Source: Ostrea edulis (Eukaryota). From it: a stretch of DNA of 64,000 bases. Positions 24,116 through 37,033 of this stretch are shown piece by piece. Numbering within the stretch: the stretch's first letter is position 1; each line of letters opens with the position of its first letter. The DNA lies in contig NC_079172.1 in the NCBI RefSeq assembly GCF_947568905.1, positions 23,250,001-23,314,000 on the forward strand, read 5' to 3'. Made by a program: the position numbers and the translations under genes. The notes beneath the pieces are model-generated. The model did not search any database. It had not been told where the DNA came from and was given only the letters and a program-made list of their open reading frames with translations.

Positions 24116-24989
24116 TTGTTCAAGATTATAATTCAATATCTATGGTACCCTGAGATGATCACTTATCGGTACATGTCAAATATCAGAGGCCTACCGCAAA
24201 AGACAAAACAGTAACAACCCGGGCACAATTTGTAGCAAGTATCGATACAAATTATTCTTTTGAAGTCTTCAAAAATCATGATTGCCTCTTCCTTCGTTGT
24301 TTACATAAAGTATTCCCGCAAAAATATACAACGTGCATATGCAAATGATGTTAACTCGTTCGTTGTTTATTTATTTAAACAAAATATGAAGATAACGAAC
24401 AAAGCAAATATAGAATTCGTTAATTAATTTCAGATACATTTTCGTCAGAAATCTGTTAAAATATTAGATCGAGAATCACCATTTCATTAATTTTCACAGA
24501 AAGTTAAATGCAATAAATATTGAAGTCCTTATTCATCTAATTCGAGTTCTAACCCAACCCCCCCCCCCCCCCCTCTTTATATTCATCCGCGATTAAAAAT
24601 ATCATTTCGATAGGCTTCATAAGTCTTGAACCTAAATTTACAGTAGCTAAAATTTGAATACATCATACATGACTTTATTAACCATATTAACAAATCTTAA
24701 ACTCAATGAAAGACATACAATGTCTGCTTTCATACCCGCAGGGTCTCATCTCCCGATTGGATTCAGTTGCAGACCTGCTAGGTCGATGCCAGATTCTAAA
24801 ATATTTTCACATTCTTTCACAAAGTGTGTGCGTTTTATTGACATTATCAAGGATCATATGTGCACGGCAATGATTTTATTTCACAAAACATAGACTGGCA
24901 GTCAAACTATATTCAGTTGCGTATGAGCTAGGGTGGTAGTGAAGCGGTGAATCGGCAAGACGGACCCAATGCAAAGGAGTAGCTCGCTA

Positions 24990-25560
24990 CGCGAGTCGAC
25001 TAAAACACCGACCATACGCAAAACAAGCTCTTGCGTATCGAATCAGTTGAGAGATATAATCACCATATGCAGGTGATAATGGAATATTGCTACATAAATA
25101 TGGGAAGTGGACGATGGAGAAACTGAAATCATCCCGTTTGTCATAATGTGGAGTTGTTAGTTTGTCGTTAATATTTATTTTCAATATTTAAGCAGATGTA
25201 GAGGACTCTATGGTGTGTTTTATTTGGAGTTCACAGGGATATATCGAATCGACATATGAACGAAAATGATTATTGTTAATAGATAAAAACGTCATCGATA
25301 TACAGTTGTATCTAAATGTCGAGTCGAGGTCCATAGCAAGAGATTATTTCTTCTCATGTATATGCTTCATAAGAATAAAAAAAAAAAAACAACCCAGGTC
25401 AGCCAACAAAGGAGCACAATTAGTGCCCATGGGAATTCCAACAGACTGTTGGAAGACCTGATCACCAAAGACTACGAAGTTATTGTCACTGAGGAACCCC
25501 AGCATATTCTTTCATTTCAAATTCAGAGTACTTGTGCGTGGAATCAGAGTAGTCTTTAAC
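24990..25560 (-). mobile_element. Penelope-like retroelement RT fragment (degenerate)
   Basis: FQQSVGIPMGTNCAPLLADL, YIDDV and YDKRDDFSFSIVHFPYLCSNIPLSPAYGDYISQLIRYARAC motifs in broken frames. Confidence 0.85.
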
Positions 25561-25684
25561 ACAGTAATCATTGGATGACTGATCACTAGATATGTGACCT
25601 TTACCTCACAAACAAGGTGGACCACCTTTTCGTAATAGACTTTTCCTGTGAAGTTGCACTCCAAAGCTCATGTAATATTTACAT

Positions 25685-26140
25685 CGGTCACGACAGCATA
25701 GTGGTTAGGGCTTTCACATCTCAAACGACAGGCCAGAGTTTTATCCTGACACCGTGTCAAGCATTTTACACAGGTAATTAATAGTTGAAATACTAATATT
25801 ATCCTGGATCAATTCATGCCAAATGTCAGCTACAGACACAGACCCCCGCCCTCTAAAAAAAAAAACATCATCAGGGGCGGATCCAGGAATTGCGGTTAGG
25901 GGGACGCAACTTTATGAGGCAGTCACTGTGGGTCCAGCCTCTGGAAGCTCCTAGATCTTAGTTTTATAGGGCTTGATATATGTCTCGTATGTCGTCATTT
26001 TGACTATTTCCTTTTATTTTTAAAGAACTTTCACTACTACGGCCGTAAGCATAGGTCTAAATTTGTGGTACTTCACCTACAACTGGTGACGTCCCAGTAT
26101 GAGTGAGAAGTTCTAGACGGGACGTAAGGCAAACATACGA
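25685..26140 (+). mobile_element. Degenerate SINE pieces with a nested caggggcggatccag-type MITE (~25870-26030)
   Basis: tRNA-like head at ~25690 and SINE tail ggtgacgtcccagtatgagtgagaagttctag at ~26085. Confidence 0.4.
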
Positions 26141-26284
26141 CCATAAGACGTCAACAGAGTAATGACGTTTCATTGCTGAAGCTCAAGGGGTATTTGAAGT
26201 ACCAGAAAAAAGCAAGGTACTACCGTACAAATCAGCGTTTGGTCTAAATTAACATACCACGCTTTTGAGAAAGAAAGTGGATTG

Positions 26285-26545
26285 CTGTTTGTTTGTACGC
26301 TGTTTTATGCCCCATTCGAGAATTTTTCACTCATGAATATAAAGACAATGCCAGCTTTAGGTGAAATTATGACCCATGTATAGTACTCATGGCCGCAGCA
26401 TTGAGGATTCTTTATCGTCTCAGCGTCCACCGTGACAAATGACCACCTATTTTAAACATCTTAAGTTTAGACGCCGGGATCGATAATGGAACCCAGGACC
26501 TCTCGGTTACAAAGCGAAGGCCCTAACCTCCAGGTTACAACGACC
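26285..26545 (-). mobile_element. SINE, reverse orientation
   Basis: Reverse complement of the tail (atgagtgaaaaattctcga) and core (gataaagaatcctcaatg), plus a tRNA-like head. Confidence 0.6.
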
Positions 26546-26900
26546 GATGGAAAAAATACTCAATTCATGGACCAGAAGTAAATTAAATATTTCACAATTT
26601 ATTTTTTGTAGCAAACATTGTGATGAAAAAAGACATGGATATATTACAGTGAAAGTGAAAACGAATGAATAGTGCAGCATAATCCACTAAGCGAGGAAAC
26701 CACATCGAGCACTGCTGTAACCCGTATCTCTACTCATCTTCATTCCATCACATGGCATTTCAATGAGATCAAATTGTAAGTATTTCGCTAATGGGATTGC
26801 AAGTCAGTAGTAGAAGATGACTATGTAAGGAAACCTGACAAACTCCATTTTCTTCTGCTTCCATAGCAGTTTATCTTTCAAACATGAAACCATGGCAACT

Positions 26901-29900
26901 CTAAGAGAATAAAAGGGCACCGAAGAAGGTTTTGTCATGACTTATTGATACTGGTGTGTTTCGTGTAAGTATTTTGATCTGTACGATGTCACCTTTGTTT
27001 AAATAATGCAACCCCATCATATTGCAAGTCTTCTCCTTTGCATTGAAAAACTCCGAAATCTCGCTTGGTTGGTAATTGTCAATACTGTCAGCGCAGTGAA
27101 AAACCCTTTTATCCGAAACAAAAAGCCCGAAGTATTCTCTGGGATCTTTTGTAAACTTCTCTATCTGAAAAACAACGATAGTCGAAAGATAATGCAGAAA
27201 ACTCGAAACCAATGCAAGAATCTCTTTCAATCTAATACGCAACTTTCTAGGTATCAGCTCTTCTGGGAAAGAGGTACGTTCAGTGTTTTGTTGAACGCTT
27301 GGGTGGGTACAAGATAAACTATATACTACAGATTAGCTATGTAAATACGGATAAAAGTAATGAAAGTGTAAATTTTGTTTATATCAGCCGTTGATATACA
27401 TTAAACTGACCATATCAAGAATAATATTTTATTGAATTAGGCCATTAAATTGAAAATGAAATTATTTTTTATTTCCTCTTCTGTACGAGTGATATTTTAA
27501 TCAAAGAAAAAAAAAGTGATTATCGATTTTTGTTTGAGTTATCTTATTATTTAATACCAATAAACTTACTAATATTGTGTGTCCCTGCAGGTTGGGTGGT
27601 TGTATGATGTCTGATAATCGGCCTTTAGGCAATATATGAAGGCAGCGATAAACATTTGTACCCACCGCGTGTGGACGATAGTATGTTGTGCGTCTCACTG
27701 TGCGTAAGAGTTCCACAAAGGGAAAGAACTATTGGGCAACTCGGAAATTGCGTATGCAATTTCAATCTAATCAAATCAATCTCTTTCAGAGAAAACTCAC
27801 ACCTCTGTCATACTATGTTTTAAACATGTAAAATCTTATCCGATAATAAATTCCAGAAAAAAATCCTCATGTTTAAACCAATTTGACAAATTTTTCTGAC
27901 TCCGTGATATTGACTTCATATTTACCTAATAATATTCCTGACATGATATCAACAGAAAATTCAATTTCGTCCCCCTCTCAGAAATCAACACCAATCTGTT
28001 CCTTGCTATATACTTCGTGGATATTTTCTTTCAGTTAATCAATTAGACTTTTTGAATTTCATATCAGTAAAATTTTAACCTGATGAGACACTGTGATGCC
28101 TTATTCCTGAGAAAAGATACTGTGAGGAATCTAACATGTGACAGACGGAGAGACGGGTTGTATACTGGTAAAGATAGACACATATTCACTACGAACCTTA
28201 ATACACATGTACATGTTTGTGTCCGGGGCATTAAAGCGAAGAGCATGAAAGGTAGGACGCAGACAACATAGCTATCCAAGAGGGACATGTGAATTAAGAA
28301 TTAGGATGGAGGAGTACAATGGAAGCCTTTCAAATTTTGATGACAAAGGTATACTCAAAATATTTTATTACCTGGACATACAAAAGATAGAGTCCTGCCT
28401 GAAGCACTTCAAATGCGGATCTGTCTGTATTCTGTTTCATTATCATGTTTAGATGTTTATTTTTCATCCACTCAGCCTCTTGAAAATATGGAATAAGCAT
28501 GTTTTTTTCTGTAAAGAATGAGAGATTCAAAAGTTAGGCAGAGCAAATACCGATATCATTTATCTGCTTTACATTGTAGCTCTATTCATTCCGTAAAACA
28601 CAACAATTTTACCATTCAAGAATTACAGATAAATCCTAATAGATCCCATTAAAGCATTTATTACCTTACATGTACACCTGCAGTGAAGATAATAAACATA
28701 GCCTTTCCAAAAACCAAAATTTTAAAACGAAAAAAAAAAAGTATTTCGTTTCGAAAACATGAAAATAACCAGGCTCTGGAGGGAATTCAAAGCTGTAAGT
28801 GAAATGCTTGCTTCTCGTATACAGAGAACAAGTTTCCATATATTTCCTTAGTTTCAACCTGTTTACATGTCAAATACAATGTAGAGAAATGTCTGTGGAA
28901 TTATTTGATTTGTGCAAAGATATGTTGAGTTTGAAATGTGTAGATATGCACAGTCCCAACTATTTCATTAATGCTTTGTTCATAACAGCCCCTGAAAAAT
29001 TAATACCTGAACTCCAAAATGTTTTATTTGTAGGACAGTAAACGGTGTTTTCATCAAGAATGCAATCTACAAAACATAAAAAAAATCATCTTTGGTGGAT
29101 TATTGCTGAAAATTAATGTCTACACTTACATAAATAAAAAAAAGTTCAAGATAAAATAACTAAATCGGCAATACAATCATATCGTTTCCTTCAGAAGTAT
29201 TCAACTCATCATGAATTCAAAACAAGGTTTAAACCACTGGCAAGATGTTGAGAGGTAAAATAAACGACGTTTTTCGATGACACTCTTCTCGCAATTGATC
29301 TTTCGTAAATTAATTCATTTACATCCTTTGATTTTAATGTCAGCTTTTGTAAAACATACCTCTGGTATTCGGTGGACTGGTTACAAAATGAGCAGCTCTG
29401 ATGTTTCCCTATGGTTAAATCAAAAGAAAATGGGCATGAAAAAGGAAACGTTTTATTGAAATATTGTTATTAAGAATGAACAAAAGAAAATATAGGCACG
29501 AAAATTGAAACGTTTTATTGTTATTCAGAATGAGTAGAAGTATGATGTAATTACATCATGTCAGGGACGCCTCTTAATGCAGCCCATGATGGTAAAACAA
29601 ATACCTCTTCAGATGCAGTGTGAAAAAGATAATATGATTTCTTATTGAAAATCAGCCGATTTACCTTCAGCATGTCTGATTTACCCGAAACAGGACATTA
29701 TGCCTGATAGAGATTAAAGTAAAAATTAACTTACAGGAGCACCTTGTACACCTGGGCTTCCTGAAAAAGATCAAGCGTGAACAATATTAGTTCCAGAGGA
29801 CCATAGACAGAGACGGGTTTATCAGCAGCTCGAGGCAGTCATTCTTAACTTGACCAAATCGAAAATTTGCATATTAGGTCACGTGAAAGAGTTTTCTAAA

Positions 29901-30371
29901 CATACATGCAGTTCCTAATTCTTAATATATATACACATGTACATGTTTTGTTATATTACGACTTACTATGAATAAACAAATTTGCAATTTAAATGAAAGG
30001 TGAAGATAACGGCAGTAATCAATCTCATACACTCCTGTATGCAATACAAAATAGAAAAATATGATACCACATATAAGTAATGTATGACAGGAATGCTATC
30101 CAAATTGTAGTTTTAGGTATGTCGGTAAATGAATTGCTTCAAAATATGATTATTCACTTGAGTGTTGCAGCATAAGCAAATGAGCAAACAATACTTCCGT
30201 TTCATAAATTTCTGCAAAAAAATGGTTTAAGAAAATATTTCCTCTGATAGAAATACCGATATGTTTCTATCTTTTCGGGGTTCTTTATTATGTACTTCTA
30301 TAGTGTATCGTCTAAGATAACTACCAAAATTATTTTCATGAAGCTTTTGTTTGAGTTCATGAGAGAGAGGG

Positions 30372-30404
<33 letters not shown>

Positions 30405-31623
30405 ATTTTTCATTCACGTATACTTGAATAAACCTTTAAGATAAATCACCAACCCGTTTTTCCCTTCTCTCCGCGAGGTCCCTGTGGACCAGCGGGACAT
30501 TTACATCTTCTGCGTCTATTTTTCCTGCGTTTCTTGTTTAGCTTCTGCCTTGGCTTTTTATCTATAAAATCAAGAACATAAATCATTTACGAGAACCTTT
30601 TAATTATTTAAAGTCCCATAACTCTTCCTAAATCTGCCTTCACATGTGCGCATTTCTCATAATCGAATTAGAAGAAGAAAATCTCAAATTAGTATGCATG
30701 GTTCTATCTTAAGAAGATATATATGGCGTTCTTTGTGGGGAGATACCATTATAAATACACTTTTCTGTGAGGAGATATACACCTCTGTCAGCTGATATAT
30801 CAGTCTGATTAAAATCAGACCCCAAACTCATTATCATATCGTTGGCCCAACGATATGATGAGTATGGGGTCTGATTTTAATCAGACTGCTGATATATCAA
30901 CATCAGTGATATTCTGTGAGGATATATAAACAACGATACACTGCTCTGAGAGAAGCCATCAACATCAATGGCACAGTTCACCCTAAGGATATATACATAG
31001 GAACATCAACGACACACACAGTATACCTTTATTGACGCTTCTCCTTAGACGAAATCTTTCCACTTCTACAACACCGACAGTGGAAACTAACTCAACAGAA
31101 TTCTGAAATTCATATTTAACCATACTTTAATATGATTATTATATACAAATAGATCAAGCAAATCAGGGTTTCTATCATTATACCCTGTCGACATGGGACT
31201 TCAAAATTATGATAATATCAGTAACTCTAAATGGCCAATCTGATTGAAAATCAAAATTTTGATCCGCTCCGGTAATATTATGTCGCTAAACAAGCGGCAT
31301 AGTATTACCAGAGCAGATCAAATAGTTTGAAGAAATGTCAGTAGAATAAACAGGTGATACTTTCTTATAAAAATTAACGTTTTTTGTTAGTTTCAATGCC
31401 TATACGTGATCTTACTTACTGTTGCAGCATCTTTGCTTTCAGGGAAAGGAATGGATGCTACGATTCTGGAAAGTTCCCTCACTTCGCTCTTCAGAGCTGA
31501 TATTTCGTATGCCGACCAAACCAAGTAGAAGAGCACAATGACAAGCAGTGCGTGCTTCGCAACACAAAATGCAGATAACGTTGTAGAATATATATATTCT
31601 ACTTTCTTTTTCGGTTCAGACAT
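26901..31623 (-). CDS. TNF-C: ectodysplasin-A-like TNF ligand with TM, furin sites, short collagen segment and TNF domain; 7 exons, 276 aa
   Basis: Exons 31623-31416 (TM), 31065-31027 (RLRRSV), 30561-30454 (KKRRKNRRRRCKCPAGPQGPRGEKGKTG), 29760-29735 (SPGVQGAP), 29408-29360 (GNIRAAHFVTS), 28508-28372 (EAEW...AGLYLLYVQ) and 27164-26901 (TCNMMGLHYLNKGD...TFFGALLFS*). Total 831 nt, in frame. Confidence 0.9.
27234..27755. repeat. Dispersed ~520-bp repeat, copy 1 (last intron of TNF-C)
   Basis: Highly similar to 48057-48140 plus 48540-48960. Confidence 0.85.
30361..30402. repeat. (GA)n microsatellite
   Basis: Direct reading. Confidence 0.9.
30801..30888. mobile_element. 88-bp hairpin MITE with 9-bp TSD (Mutator-like)
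   Basis: Near-perfect palindrome cagtctgattaaaatcagacccc...ggggtctgattttaatcagactg, flanked by the direct repeat ctgatatat. Confidence 0.8.
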
Positions 31624-32930
31624 TTTACGTTTGCAATTAGAGTTTTAAAATACGATATAAAAAAACAATATTTCCAGAATTATTTGCTTTTGAAAGTAAT
31701 CCCGTTGCACATATTTCCTTTGAATTTGCTTCCTATTTTCCCGGGACGAAGCATATAAAGTTAACTTCCTGTGTAATTACAAGAAAGATGTTACACAGTT
31801 CGCGGAATTCTGGCAGGTGACCCTGCTTAGCATAATAAGTATGAATTTTACGGTATAAATATGTATTTATTTTGACTGAAGAAGGTTTGCAATGTATATT
31901 TCACATCGACCTGTCTAAAATTTAATACCAATTAAGCGAATGACCTTGTAGTAATTCGCATGTGGCTATGATAATAATATTTACATATTTGATAATATAC
32001 AGGGCTTACAATAGTGCGCAATACAGTGGCATGTGATCCCTTTAATTTAAATATATATGTACACAAAAACGCACCACGGCTCGCTAGGTCACGAAATTTA
32101 GCGTTTAAATCTCGGAGAGGTTCTCGCTACACAAGATATAGAAAGCAAATAGTCTCTTCGTTGTTATATTAATAATCATTCCTTTTATACGGGAGATCTT
32201 GATATCTCTAAACATTTGTAGACGTCGAATGACGAGAACATGAATTCATGAATCGACTGTTATCTCGAGTTTGAGATAACTGTAACCCTTCACGTTGGCA
32301 AGAAAAGTAGGCCGGTGTGAAACGCTGCAGTTCATACTCTCATACATTTTCAAAAATGAAGTTTATCTCATATCTACATTCTACTTTCATTTTTATAGAA
32401 CTCCCAGCCATTAAAATAGACGTACTACATTTATTAAGATTAATACGCACATTGTTCACAACTGCATCACATTCGTCACTAAAATTAGTAAAGATATCGA
32501 AGGCAAAAATATTCGAAATTTAAATATTTAAGAATCGACAGTATCAATGAGTATATAACCGTGCCTAATCTCATTACCGGGGGATATGTAGACTGGGAAG
32601 GATTAAACTTTTTAAGTTTCAAATTATGAAAACAAGCATCAAATAATGAAGTGCATGGGCTACATCAGTTGGGGAAAAAATGCGTTGGTGTTCATGTGAA
32701 TGGTAGAGAACTATATATGTACGTCGAAGATTCGTTGTTTAAAGCGGTATAGTCCGATGTTCACCAGTTGTTGGTTTTTTTCTTTCAAAGTGCACAGATT
32801 CACTTTAATGCAATTTAATTAGTTTTAAAAGTTATTAACCTTCCCTTAATTATATGCTTGAAAAGCTCGTGATGGAAACTCCTTTGCATGCGTATTATAT
32901 TCGATTCAAATAGTGAAACACGGAGTCCAG

Positions 32931-33041
32931 TAGTTTCTGTGGAAACGAGGGGGTTATTTATATTCGGTCTTTCCTATCCCCCTCGTTTGAGGGGGGTAGA
33001 AAAGACCGAATATATATAACCCCTCGTTTCCAAAGAAACTA
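32931..33041. mobile_element. Hairpin MITE
   Basis: tagtttctgtggaaacgagggg...cccctcgtttccaaagaaacta; ggagtccag occurs on both flanks. Confidence 0.7.
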
Positions 33042-33476
33042 GGAGTAGGAGTCCAGTAGATGCATCATAATTTATGCTATCTCAACTTTTTTTTTCTTCC
33101 ACCGTTATTCAAACGTGTGGTCTGTTCTTTTTGGACTGGTGTCATTTCTCGCCGACTCGAAGACTATCTGCTATGCGTTTATAAATAGTCCCATGCGCAC
33201 GACGGAAATCCCAACATGATGTACATAACGTCTAAATTTTGGTTTGAAAGAGCGTAAAACAACGAAGATATCTAGAAAAATTTACTAACAGGTATTTGAT
33301 ATTTTTATTTCTCTTTAAACAAAATCGTGAAACACTTACGGTCCGGTATTGTAGTAACAAAAATACATATCTTTACACAGATAAGGCCACCGATGACGTT
33401 ACTTCTGAAAGTCTGAAATGGACATGCGACTCTCATTTGATTTATCTTCTGAATATGCATTAGGAATTGCTCAGTG

Positions 33477-33798
33477 CAGGGCCGTAAATTAACCTTCAAT
33501 TTGGAGGAGGCAGGAAATTAGGCGGGGGTCTGGGGGCCGCCCAGGCCCCCAGACGTTGAGCACATTTTGTGCACACTGAACACGTTTCGTGCAAAATCCT
33601 TGATTCTAGGGCCTTCTAAGATGTTACTTGACTAACTCATTCTAAAAGAAAGATTTGGAATGCTTTTTAAGGGAGGTATCATGTTCTTAGTTATTGGAAA
33701 CAACATAAATTCTAATGAACTTTAAATTTTAATTTTTTTTGGCTCAAAAGTTGGAGGAGGCAGCTGCCTCCTCCGCCTCCATGTAATTTACGGCCCTG
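33477..33798. mobile_element. MITE with 15-bp TIRs (hAT-like)
   Basis: cagggccgtaaatta ... taatttacggccctg; TSD not clean. Confidence 0.75.
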
Positions 33799-33898
33799 TG
33801 AGTGACCGTTGTTTGTAAACCAAATAATTCTGGTTAAACAGGCGAAATAATGTACGACATGTTATACAGCCTCATAAATACGTACGTGCGACAATTTA

Positions 33899-34218
33899 AC
33901 CGCAGCGGTGGTCTGAAGGTTCTAAATCGTTCACCCCGCATGCGGAAGGTCGGGGTTCGAATCCCGGCCGCAACAGACCCATGTCGTTAAAACAGTTAAT
34001 GAGTTCCATCACCAAACGCTCGGCCTCAGGTGTGAAAGTCACGGGTCCTCGGAGGTGACCTTAAAAAGGATGTACCATGTCACAGTAGGTGTGGCACGCT
34101 AAAGAACCCTCACTGCTCAATGGCCGTACGCGCCTAAATTTGAAGCCCTTCACCGGTCTTGGTGACGTCTCCATGAGTGAAAAATTCTCGAGAGGGGCGT
34201 TACGATACGATACAATCA
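33899..34218 (+). mobile_element. Near full-length tRNA-derived SINE
   Basis: A-box-like tggtctgaagg, B box ggttcgaatcc, conserved core and (caat)-type tail. Confidence 0.85.
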
Positions 34219-34448
34219 ATTTCAGTGTTTTTACACCGTAGACAAAATTTGTTGAAAGTCGGACGATACAACATTATATACCGTATTGTCCGGCGATTGG
34301 ATATGGGAATGTATCTTTGATATTCATTCGGGAAATGTCACCACTATCTTTTTTTCACGTTGCATTTGACAAGAGTCTATAAGCTTTAAAAAAATGTTTG
34401 ATTTCTTTATTTTGATATTGTTTAAGTTCTCTAGTTTTGTACATTCTG

Positions 34449-37033
34449 TCATGTTTTCAGCAATACTACCCCAAAGTTTGTATTTTCTGGCTTGAGTATG
34501 ACCGCCGTGTTTGTGGTAAGGATTCTGATGGAGAGCAGACTGCTTTGTTGTAAGAAGAATACTCCGGATATACTGCAGGTTTTGCCTTTTGAGTACATAA
34601 AGGGATTCGAGGCATCAGATCTGACGTAGTCAAGACTTTCACGACAGTCCAGCTTTCGATCGCTATCGATGTAAATTGCTATGTCGTGTGATGATTTGGT
34701 AGCCTGTATCAGTATCTAGAAACGAGAGAACACTTTGTGATTCGATCAACAGAGAGTGGATAAAGAATGGTGGTTTGGTTGTTGAAGTTACAGTGGAGAT
34801 TGTATATGTGGACTGGATATTGTAAATCACCCGACGTTTACATGTAATGTAGGGGGAAATGACACATCACGATACTAGGGTTATTGGGATGGAGACATCA
34901 CGATACTAGGGTTATTGGGATGGAGACATCACGATACTAGGGTTATTGGGATGGAGACATCACGATACTAGGGTTATTGGGATGGAGACATCACGATACT
35001 AGGGATATTGGGATGGACACATCACGATACTAGGGATATTGGGATGGAGACATCACGATACTAGGGATATTGGGATGGAGACATGTTCAGTCAGACAGGG
35101 ATCTTCAAATGTTGCAGTGGCGAAAACTTGAAATTCAGTGATCATTGTCATGGTAATCAAACATTCAAAACACGGATTGTAATCAATCAGCAGAGACCAT
35201 TGTGGCCGGACATTTATTTTCTGTTCACTTGTACATGTGTGGCGATCAAAATGTTGGAGGAAAACCAATTCATACACAATTTATTTCGTCATAACTCATT
35301 TCAGGAAAAGACGAGACTTGGATGAACAAAAAGAACGCCCTATCAGTAAATATTACTTTTTACTGAAAAAAATGTCTTTTTTAAAATGCCTTTTCTTGTG
35401 CATTTAGAAATCTTATTTTTTATTCGTTAGAATGTGCGTGATTTCTAGACATAAAAAAAAAAAAAAAGATGAGTTTCAACTAGTTACAGACTTACCAAGG
35501 TTAATTGATTGTATATTACAAACATATGCAACAACTATACTAAATAGATGAAAGATGCATTGGCACCATAACACACAGAGGGGGATAGATAAATCACCAG
35601 CTTACGTTGAGGTATAGAAGATGGATTCCAGACTTGGTGACCGTGAATAGACTTGTGTCTGTCTGGCTCTGTAACAGGGGCGTGACCTCTTCTATATGCT
35701 GCACCTCCATCCATGGTGAGGGTTTGAAAAACAAGACACCATGGTGAGGATCTGAAATTACAAATGCTGATTAGCATAATTACGATAACCATGGGACTGA
35801 AACGTTGGGTTCCTGTTCAACAGCGTCATGCTCACCAGTGCTCAAGAATGTTTGGTTTGCACAGAAAGTTCCTGACCAGACAGAACAGCAGGTACCTGTT
35901 TTAATGATATAAATATATAATAATTTTAGGAGGGAAGTCACACATCACAGTGGGGTATCATAAAGCACATTAGCGTTACGGTAGTTGGCTAATTTAACAT
36001 GTTTAATTATGATTCGTTATTATGTAAGAAATCTCAAGATTCATTAAAGACAGATTTACACCAATGTTCAGAAATTTCATGTCTGACCTCTACATGGTGT
36101 ACCTGCTTTCCCAGAGATGTCACGGTACTCGTGCGGGACATAGTGGACGGCAGTTACTCCCGAATCGAGCTAAAGGTTTTAACATACTTGTAGAATACAT
36201 ACAACATACATGCAAATAAAGGGATCAAGCGAATTTGTAAGCAAAATAATAATCTAACCAATCGCACACAAGTGAATACTTACATTACTTCTCAGCAATT
36301 CCAAACCTAAGAGTGTTAAATTAAAAAAAAGAATGTAATAAAAAAACAAATGTAATACGTTACAACATTAACGTTGTCCGAAATTAAATTTCAATGAAAA
36401 TGAATACATTACTTGGAGCTCCAGACAAAAATCTCTTCGTTTTCTTAACTGAAAAACACAATTGTTATTATTCTGGGTGTGTATTTCACTGCTCTTACAT
36501 ATGTATTTCCCACTTTCGCGTACTCAAAATAGATAATGTATCATAAAGTTATTTGAAATTGTTTTAGATCAACCTCTTTATTCAACAATAAAAATAAACC
36601 CCACCTCTAAAGGTCATAGAAGGCGTCTCCTTGTTGCTACCCATATGAGCGTTCGATTTATTTTGTATTTTTTCAAAATCTAATATTGATGCGGACTCCA
36701 TACTCTGCAAGAGAAGTTTAATGCATACACATGTCAGTGTCTCGGACACATTAAAAATGATCGAATTTTCAAACAAGTGCATGTATTTCCTGACTTAGAA
36801 CTGAAACATACCGTACTATTCCCATTGTAAAGTTTTGAAGAATACAAGATTCTGCTCATATTATTCACTCTGCCCATTAAGCTGTGTACTTCATCTGTCA
36901 GCTTTATGCAAAGCACGAGCAAACAACTGCATATTCCTAGGGTCACCACAAACAGCAACAAAATTGCGAGCGTGAGCCCTGCTCGCTTTTTGTTTTGGAT
37001 TTCTTCCTTACAAGTTGGTTTCATTTCGCTCAT
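34449..37033 (-). CDS. TNF-D: divergent TNF-superfamily ligand, about 265-300 aa
   Basis: Exons 37033-36812 (TM AGLTLAILLLFVVTLGICSCLLVLCI), a possible 36704-36600 (weak donor), 36448-36413 (LRKRRD), 36169-36103 (VTAVHYVP), 35895-35836 (GTCCSVWSGTFC), 35751-35606 (SPWM...KSGIHLLYLN) and 34715-34449 (LDCRES...KTCSISGVFFL...NFGVVLLKT*). Confidence 0.87.
34861..35083. repeat. 31-bp minisatellite, about 7 copies (last intron of TNF-D)
   Basis: Unit gatggagacatcacgatactagggttattgg. Confidence 0.95.

Noticed and set aside
28660-28800. Extra strand-A variants in TNF-C (TAGVHVR, PGYFHVF)
   Set aside because: Wrong phase or in-frame stops; no evidence of a cassette in TNF-C.
33899-33985. tRNA gene
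   Set aside because: Only an A/B-box head continuing into a SINE core and tail; no convincing cloverleaf.
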